Shown piece by piece: positions 57,558-64,000 of a stretch of 64,000 bases of DNA. Under the pieces are notes generated by a model. The model was not told the DNA's origin, made no database searches, and saw nothing but the letters and a program-made list of their open reading frames with translations. Location: positions 3,029,669 through 3,093,668 of the forward strand of contig OZ257140.1 in NCBI GenBank assembly GCA_965279165.1, read 5' to 3'. The first letter of the stretch is position 1; each line of letters starts with the position of its first letter. Source of the DNA: Bacteroidia bacterium. GTDB lineage: Bacteria; Bacteroidota; Bacteroidia; UKL13-3. A program made the translations under genes and the position numbers.

Positions 57558-58817
57558 ATGCACAGTAAAAAAATTGCTATAATCGGACTTGGATACGTTG
57601 GTTTACCACTTGCCGTTGAATTCGGTAAAAAATACCAAGTTGTGGGATTTGATATTAATCAAGACCGAATTAAGGAATTAATTCAAGGGATAGATCATAC
57701 ACTCGAAACCAGTAAAGAAGAAATTCTTGCCGCTACAAAGCTTAAGTTTTCATTTAATAGTGAAGAACTTAAATCTTGTGACTTTTTTATAGTAACAGTT
57801 CCAACACCGGTAGATCAGTACAATCGACCTGATTTAACTCCCTTAATTAAAGCAAGTCAAACAATTGGAAAAGTACTAAAGAAAGATGATATCGTAGTAT
57901 ATGAATCTACTGTATATCCAGGGTGTACTGAAGAAGAATGTGTGCCCGTTCTTGAAACAACAAGTGGATTAAAGTACAATGTCGATTTTTATTGTGGTTA
58001 TTCTCCGGAACGAATAAATCCTGGGGATAAAGAACATTCTGTTTCCAAAATCCTAAAGGTAACTTCTGGTTCTACCGAGGAAGCGGCAAATTTAATAGAC
58101 TCGGTATATTCGAGTATTATTACTGCCGGAACTTTTAAAGCCACTTCTATTAAGGTTGCTGAAGCAGCAAAAGTAATCGAGAATTCGCAAAGAGATATAA
58201 ATATTGCCTTTGTTAACGAGTTATCTAAAATATTTCGTTTGCTTGGAATAGAAACTAATGAAGTATTAGAAGCAGCGGGTACAAAATGGAATTTTCTAAA
58301 ATTCAAACCTGGACTTGTGGGAGGGCATTGTATTGGTGTGGATCCATATTATTTGGCTCAAAAAGCCCAGGAAATGGGTTATCATCCAGAAATTATTCTG
58401 GCTGGGAGAAGATTAAATGACGATATGGGAAGGTATGTTGCATCTGAGACTATTAGATTAATGATATCCAAAGATATTGCCATCAAATCGTCTAAAATTT
58501 TATTAATGGGATTTACATTTAAAGAAAATTGTCCTGATGTTAGAAATACTAAAGTTATTGATATTTACAATGAACTAAAGCAATATGGTATGAAAATCGA
58601 TATCGTTGATCCATGGGCAGAGCCAAAGGAAGTATTGCATGAATATGGTATTCAAACTACAAGAGAGGTTTCGTCGCTGAAATACGATGCTGTTATTTTA
58701 GCAGTTGGGCACAAGCAATTCGCCGAATTTGATTTTAATAAACTAACCAATGACTCTTCTGTAATTTTTGATGTTAAGGGGTTATTGCCCAAAAGTATAT
58801 CAGATGCCAGATTATAA
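57558..58817 (+). CDS. UDP-N-acetylhexosamine 6-dehydrogenase (TviB/WbpO/WbpA family)
   Basis: '[10 protein letters not shown]', 'VPTP', '[10 protein letters not shown]', 'YSPERINPG', '[18 protein letters not shown]', '[10 protein letters not shown]'. Confidence 0.92.
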   Translation: MHSKKIAIIGLGYVGLPLAVEFGKKYQVVGFDINQDRIKELIQGIDHTLETSKEEILAATKLKFSFNSEELKSCDFFIVTVPTPVDQYNRPDLTPLIKASQTIGKVLKKDDIVVYESTVYPGCTEEECVPVLETTSGLKYNVDFYCGYSPERINPGDKEHSVSKILKVTSGSTEEAANLIDSVYSSIITAGTFKATSIKVAEAAKVIENSQRDINIAFVNELSKIFRLLGIETNEVLEAAGTKWNFLKFKPGLVGGHCIGVDPYYLAQKAQEMGYHPEIILAGRRLNDDMGRYVASETIRLMISKDIAIKSSKILLMGFTFKENCPDVRNTKVIDIYNELKQYGMKIDIVDPWAEPKEVLHEYGIQTTREVSSLKYDAVILAVGHKQFAEFDFNKLTNDSSVIFDVKGLLPKSISDARL

Positions 58818-58916
58818 TCATTCTATAACTTTAAGTCTACTTCTTAGTAACCGCATTGGATTTAATAAAACATGGAATTACATGTACTCTAATAAATATA
58901 TTGAAAATAAAAATTA

Positions 58917-59960
58917 ATGAAACATTCAACGATACTTGTGACCGGAAATGCTGGATTTATTGGTTCCCATGTAACAAACCGTTTGTTAGATGAAGGTTAT
59001 TCAGTAGTAGGAATAGATAATGTAAACGATTATTATGATCAAGAGCTTAAAGAGGCGCGATTAGAGATAACTCGTAAGAAAGCCCAAGTGGCTAACGAAA
59101 AATTTGGAAGTAATTATACTTTTTACAAAAATAATCTTGCGGATGCTGCATTTGTAAATCAATGCTTTAATAAACATAAATTCAACAAAGTTATTCATCT
59201 TGCTGCACAGGCTGGAGTAAGATATAGTTTGGTAAACCCTGCAGCATACGTAGAGAGTAATATAATTACGTTTACTAATATTCTTGAGGCGTGTCGTCAT
59301 CATCAAATTGAGCATTTGACATATGCAAGTACAAGTAGTGTTTATGGAGCAAACACTAATATGCCATTTAGTGAACATCATGGTGTAGATCATCCACTTC
59401 AGTTCTACGCCGCAACAAAACGTGCAAATGAGCTAATGGCACATAGTTACAGCCATCTATTTGGCTTGCCGACTACCGGATTAAGGTTTTTTACTGTATA
59501 CGGGCCTTGGGGAAGGCCTGATATGGCTTTATTCCTTTTTACAAAGAATATTATAGAAGGTAAACCAATTCAAGTATTCAATCATGGCAATCATACCCGA
59601 GATTTTACATATATTGGAGATATTGTTGAAGGTATTGTGAAAGCAAGTGAAAATATAGCTAAACCAAATAAGGATTGGAATAGTGATAACCCTGACCCCT
59701 CAAGTAGCAATGCCCCATTTAATATTTATAATATTGGCAATAATAATCCTGTAAAGTTGAATGAATATATTAGTGCCATTGAAGATGCCTTAGACAAAAA
59801 AGCGATAAAAGAGTTGTTGCCTCTTCAACCCGGTGATGTTCCTGAAACATATGCTGATATTACTAAATTAGCGAACGCCGTTGGATATATACCACAAACC
59901 ACAGTGAAAGATGGAGTTGCTAATTTTGTTCGATGGTTCCGAGAATACTACAAAGTATAA
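58917..59960 (+). CDS. NAD-dependent UDP-uronate 4-epimerase (CapI/Uge-like)
   Basis: 'TG.AGFIG', '[11 protein letters not shown]', 'YAS.SSVYG', 'YAATK', '[17 protein letters not shown]'. Confidence 0.9.
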   Translation: MKHSTILVTGNAGFIGSHVTNRLLDEGYSVVGIDNVNDYYDQELKEARLEITRKKAQVANEKFGSNYTFYKNNLADAAFVNQCFNKHKFNKVIHLAAQAGVRYSLVNPAAYVESNIITFTNILEACRHHQIEHLTYASTSSVYGANTNMPFSEHHGVDHPLQFYAATKRANELMAHSYSHLFGLPTTGLRFFTVYGPWGRPDMALFLFTKNIIEGKPIQVFNHGNHTRDFTYIGDIVEGIVKASENIAKPNKDWNSDNPDPSSSNAPFNIYNIGNNNPVKLNEYISAIEDALDKKAIKELLPLQPGDVPETYADITKLANAVGYIPQTTVKDGVANFVRWFREYYKV

Positions 59961-60011
59961 CTAAGTAGTAAAACTAAAATATTACTTTCATTTCTAATTC
60001 TAATACTAATT

Positions 60012-61025
60012 ATGCTATCAAATAAATCAATTTTAATTACTGGAGGAACTGGATCCTTAGGTAAAGCACTTACCCAATACATACTAAATAAATGGCCTGA
60101 TCTAAAGCGATTGGTTATTTATTCAAGGGATGAACAGAAGCAGTTCCAAATGGAGCAAGAATTCCCAGAATCAAAATATCCTTGTATGCGTTATTTTATT
60201 GGAGACGTTAGGGATTTGGAAAGACTTAAAAGAGCTATAACGGGAATTGATTATGTGATTCATGCTGCTGCTATGAAACATGTTCATATTGCAGAATATA
60301 ATCCGGATGAATGTGTTAAAACAAATGTGGGTGGAGCTGAGAATGTTATTAAGGCTTGTCTAGAATCTCCTTCTGTTACAAAGGTTGTAGCTTTATCTAC
60401 AGACAAAGCTTGTGCTCCAATAAATCTATATGGAGCAACTAAGCTTACTTCTGATAAATTGTTTGTAGCTGCCAATAATATCAAAGGACACAAGGATATA
60501 AGCTTTTCAGTCGTTCGTTATGGTAATGTAATGGGTTCAAATGGGTCAGTAATTCCATTCTTTTTAAAAATGAGGGCTAATGGTAGTCTTCCGATAACTG
60601 ATCCGAATATGACCCGTTTTAATATTTCATTAAGTGGTGGTGTCGACATGGTTCTGCATGCACTCGAGACAGCTTGGGGTGGTGAATTGTTCGTGCCGAA
60701 AATTCCATCTTATAAAATTACAGATGTTGCAAAAGCAATAGCTCCTGATTGTGAACATCGTATTGTAGGTATAAGACCAGGTGAAAAAATTCACGAAGAA
60801 ATGATTACCAGCTCCGATTCTTTTACTACATATGACCTAGGTAAATATTATGTAATTTTACCACAAACGCCGCAATGGAATTTAGAAGAATATATTAGAC
60901 ATTTTAATGCTAAATTGGTAGAAAAAGGATTTAATTATACTTCCGGTCAAAATACTGAATGGGAAACGGTTGAAAGTATGCGCCAGCTCATTACAAAACA
61001 TGTAGATTCAAATTTTAAAATCTAA
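60012..61025 (+). CDS. pseB: UDP-GlcNAc 4,6-dehydratase (inverting)
   Basis: 'TGGTGS.G', 'SRDE.KQ', 'HAAA.K.V...EYNP', 'LSTDKA..PINLYGATKL', 'RYGNV.GS.GSV.P', 'GIRPGEK.HE'. Confidence 0.92.
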   Translation: MLSNKSILITGGTGSLGKALTQYILNKWPDLKRLVIYSRDEQKQFQMEQEFPESKYPCMRYFIGDVRDLERLKRAITGIDYVIHAAAMKHVHIAEYNPDECVKTNVGGAENVIKACLESPSVTKVVALSTDKACAPINLYGATKLTSDKLFVAANNIKGHKDISFSVVRYGNVMGSNGSVIPFFLKMRANGSLPITDPNMTRFNISLSGGVDMVLHALETAWGGELFVPKIPSYKITDVAKAIAPDCEHRIVGIRPGEKIHEEMITSSDSFTTYDLGKYYVILPQTPQWNLEEYIRHFNAKLVEKGFNYTSGQNTEWETVESMRQLITKHVDSNFKI

Positions 61026-61036
61026 CTTTATATCCA

Positions 61037-62248
61037 ATGCAACCAATTCCATATGGAAGACAATTTATCTCAGAAGAAGATATTTTATCCATTACCCAAA
61101 CTATTCAAGGTGAGTATCTAACACAAGGTCCAAGCATTGCAGCTTTTGAAAAAAGTTTTGCCGAATATATTGGATCCAAGTATGCAGTGGCTGTTGCCAA
61201 TGGTACTGGGGCACTTCATTTATCGGCATTGGCATTAAATGTACGTCCTGGAGACAAAGTAATCACTACTCCTATTACTTTTGCCGCATCTGCTAATTGT
61301 ATTCGGTATTGCGGAGGTGAAATAGTATTTTGTGATATTGATCCTGAGACTTTTTTACTTGATATAAAAGAAGTTAGAAAAACACTTGAAAAGGCTCCTA
61401 AAGGAACTTATAAAGGGATAATACCTGTTGATTTTGCGGGACGACCAGTTAACTCTGAAGAATTTAGAGAACTTGCAGACGAGTTTGGATTATGGATTAT
61501 AGAAGATGCATGCCACGCTCCTGGTGCATGGATTAAAGATAGAAAAGGAATTAAACAAATATCAGGTAATGGAACTTATTCCGACTTGGCAATTTTTTCT
61601 TTTCATCCGGTAAAACATATTGCAACTGGAGAAGGTGGAATGATCACTACTAACAATATTGAATTATACGAAAGATTACTGTTACTTAGAACTCATGGAA
61701 TTTCTAGAGATATTTCAAAGTTCTCAAACAGTATTGAGTTTGCTGCAGGAACCACAGAACATGGTGAGCAATATCCTGGATGGTATATGGAAATGAATGA
61801 GTTGGGTTATAATTATCGTTTAACAGATTTTCAAGCTGCTTTAGGCATTAGTCAACTGAAAAGAGCTGATAAAGGTTTGGAAAGAAGAAAATGGATTGCA
61901 TCTACTTATGATGCAGCATTTCAAAATCTTGAAGGTATACAGAGCCCGCAATTAGAAACTAAATTAGACTCTACCTTTTATCATGCGTATCATTTATACA
62001 TTGTAAAAACAAAAAATAGGTTAAAGTTATATAATTACCTTAGGGAAAAACAAATTTTCGCACAAGTACATTATATACCGGTTCACCTTATGCCTTATTA
62101 TCGCGAACAAGGTTGGAAGGAAGGTATGCTACCACACGCTGAAAAGTATTATAAAGAATGTCTAAGTCTTCCTATGTATCCTAGTATGACGAATGATGAG
62201 CTACAGTATGTTATTGATACAATTAAAGGGTTTCTTTCTGGAGTTTAA
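61037..62248 (+). CDS. pseC: UDP-4-amino-4,6-dideoxy-N-acetyl-beta-L-altrosamine transaminase
   Basis: 'IPYGRQ', 'LTQGP', 'IEDACHA.G', 'FSFHPVKHI.TGEGG', 'LGYNYRLTD.QAALG'; follows pseB. Confidence 0.9.
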   Translation: MQPIPYGRQFISEEDILSITQTIQGEYLTQGPSIAAFEKSFAEYIGSKYAVAVANGTGALHLSALALNVRPGDKVITTPITFAASANCIRYCGGEIVFCDIDPETFLLDIKEVRKTLEKAPKGTYKGIIPVDFAGRPVNSEEFRELADEFGLWIIEDACHAPGAWIKDRKGIKQISGNGTYSDLAIFSFHPVKHIATGEGGMITTNNIELYERLLLLRTHGISRDISKFSNSIEFAAGTTEHGEQYPGWYMEMNELGYNYRLTDFQAALGISQLKRADKGLERRKWIASTYDAAFQNLEGIQSPQLETKLDSTFYHAYHLYIVKTKNRLKLYNYLREKQIFAQVHYIPVHLMPYYREQGWKEGMLPHAEKYYKECLSLPMYPSMTNDELQYVIDTIKGFLSGV

Positions 62249-62272
62249 TTTCTAAGTTGTCAAGATTAATTC

Positions 62273-63151
62273 ATGAAACTTCAACATAAAGTTATACTCG
62301 GAACAGTTCAGTTTGGGCTTCCATACGGAATTAATAATCAGTTAGGACAACCTAGTCAGGATACGGTTAATGCAATTCTAAATCTTGCTTATGATAATGG
62401 CATAAATTTGCTTGACACAGCGGAGTCATACGGGAATGCACAGAAAGTTATAGGTAACTTTCATAGAAGTTTTCCCGAGAAAGTATTTTCAGTTATAACT
62501 AAATTAAATCCCAAAAGCTCTTTCAAGAATATCAAAGAGCAAATATTCAATGATATAATTGAACTTAATGTAAACTCACTTGCAGGTTTAATGTTTCATA
62601 GCTTTAATGATTATATTGATCATTTAGAAGGTTTCGACGAAATGAAGGAATTGAAAGCAATTGGTGTTATAGACCGAATAGGGGTTTCAGTTTACAATAA
62701 TGAAGAATTTAAATTTCTGATAGATGAAGGTATTGTTGATCTTATTCAGTTACCTTTTAATATTTTCGATAATATGAATCATCGCGGTGAACTTATTAAA
62801 GCAGCAAAATTGAAGGGAATTGAATTACATGTAAGGTCCGTATTTTTACAAGGACTATTCTTCATGAATCCAGATAATTTGAATTCAAAACTTTTGCCAT
62901 TGAAGCCGTATCTAAAATATATACATGATTTGGTAAACAACTCGGAAACAACTATTGAGGAGGTATGTTTGGCATATACTATCGGACAGAAGGATATTGA
63001 CATGGTTTTAATGGGAGTTGAAACAGTTGACCAACTTGAAAGTAACCTAAATGTTATAAGAAAAATAGAAATTTCTGAAGATTTCATGTCTAAAATTAAT
63101 AGCATTAAAGTTGTGGAAAAGGAATTACTTAGTCCTGTTAATTGGAAATGA
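62273..63151 (+). CDS. Aldo/keto reductase
   Basis: 'LGTVQFG..YG..N', 'DTA..YG', 'IGVSVY', 'QLPFN', 'RSVFLQGL'. Confidence 0.85.
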   Translation: MKLQHKVILGTVQFGLPYGINNQLGQPSQDTVNAILNLAYDNGINLLDTAESYGNAQKVIGNFHRSFPEKVFSVITKLNPKSSFKNIKEQIFNDIIELNVNSLAGLMFHSFNDYIDHLEGFDEMKELKAIGVIDRIGVSVYNNEEFKFLIDEGIVDLIQLPFNIFDNMNHRGELIKAAKLKGIELHVRSVFLQGLFFMNPDNLNSKLLPLKPYLKYIHDLVNNSETTIEEVCLAYTIGQKDIDMVLMGVETVDQLESNLNVIRKIEISEDFMSKINSIKVVEKELLSPVNWK

Positions 63152-63915
63152 AAATAATTGCAATTACACAAGCCAGAGTTGGCTCAAGCCGATTACCGGC
63201 CAAAGTACTTAAAACAATTAATGGGGTTAGTATTCTTGAGATGCATATTTTAAGAATTCTTAAATCAAAAGTAATTGATAAGGTTATTGTGGCTACGACA
63301 GAAGAACCAAATGTGGATGAGATTTGTAAGATATGTGATAAATTAGGTGTAGCGTATTTCAAAGGTTCAACTAACGATGTGCTTGATCGATATTATCAAA
63401 CTGCTTTACTTGAAAAGCCTGAATATATTGTTAGGTTGACTTCTGATTGTCCATTGATTGATGCAGAATTAGTGGATGAAGTGATTAAAAAAACAATTTC
63501 TGAAAAGGCGGATTATGGAAGTAATGGATTTATTACATTGTTTCCGGATGGCCAAGATACTGAAGTTTTTACCTTTAAAGCATTGGAAAAAGCATGGAAA
63601 GAAGCCACTTTGTTATCCGATAGAGAACATGTAACGCCTTATATTTGGAGAAATTCAAGTCTTAAAGGTGGTGAGATGTTTAATTCAGTGAATTATGGTA
63701 CAAATAAAGACTATAGTGAAGTTCGAATGACGCTCGACGAACAAGTTGACTTGGAAGTGATTACCAAGATGATTGAAACTTTAGGAATGGATGCCAGTTG
63801 GATTGAATATGCTGAATTATATTTACAAAGTAACGAAATCAGGAATTTGAATAAAAGTATAACAAGAAATGAAGGGTATAAGAAAAGTTTAGAAAAAGAT
63901 AAAGAAAAATCATGA
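63148..63915 (+). CDS. SpsF-like cytidylyltransferase family protein
   Basis: 'QAR.GS.RLP.KVL', 'GS..DVL.RY', 'VR.T.DCP..D', 'REHVT', 'R.T.D...D'; ATGA overlap with the upstream stop. Confidence 0.85.
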   Translation: MKIIAITQARVGSSRLPAKVLKTINGVSILEMHILRILKSKVIDKVIVATTEEPNVDEICKICDKLGVAYFKGSTNDVLDRYYQTALLEKPEYIVRLTSDCPLIDAELVDEVIKKTISEKADYGSNGFITLFPDGQDTEVFTFKALEKAWKEATLLSDREHVTPYIWRNSSLKGGEMFNSVNYGTNKDYSEVRMTLDEQVDLEVITKMIETLGMDASWIEYAELYLQSNEIRNLNKSITRNEGYKKSLEKDKEKS

Positions 63916-64000
63916 CCAACATAGTAAAAGAAGTTAATACCAATAGTGAATTTAAAAGCAGAATTCACCAAGTAATTCCAGGGGGAGCACACACCTATTC
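63912..64000 (+). CDS. Class-III aminotransferase (glutamate-1-semialdehyde aminomutase-like), 3'-truncated
   Basis: Translated by hand: MTNIVKEVNTNSEFKSRIHQVIPGGAHTY..; 'IPGG.HTYS' is typical of this N-terminus; ATGA overlap with the previous stop. Confidence 0.7.
   Translation, partial: MTNIVKEVNTNSEFKSRIHQVIPGGAHTY

Noticed and set aside
338-63992. Numerous short antisense or alternate-frame ORFs inside long genes
   Set aside because: Shadow ORFs of well-supported genes; the duplicated ones (e.g. 3285/7612, 4728/9055) only mirror the A/B duplication

Overview
Chromosomal window from a Bacteroidetes genome (T9SS C-terminal sorting domains, TAnnTTTG promoters, no Shine-Dalgarno). Left part (1-16 kb): large T9SS cargo genes, including a tandem trio of ~1,400-aa paralogues with a conserved PKD/GEVED/Ig-like stalk and exchanged N-terminal tip domains. 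16-21.6 kb: a cobalamin-riboswitch-controlled B12 uptake operon (btuB, DUF4465/BtuJ-like, BtuH-like, btuG-like, DUF5522) in which two putative B12-binding proteins carry T9SS signals. Middle (21.6-46 kb): housekeeping genes (mtgA, cdd, uvrB, lpxK, efp with an unusual PGNLR loop, pepT, lgt, etc.) interspersed with REP-like palindromes, 7/8-mer microsatellites and a ~0.9-kb composite repeat array showing compensatory base changes. Right part (46-64 kb): an AT-rich surface-polysaccharide locus (lhgO, asnB, wza-like, wzz, wbpE/D/B-like, UDP-sugar dehydrogenase/epimerase, pseB, pseC, AKR, SpsF-like, class-III aminotransferase) running off the window. No rRNA, tRNA, CRISPR, transposase or prophage was seen. 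All family assignments come from motif recognition by eye, not database searches.
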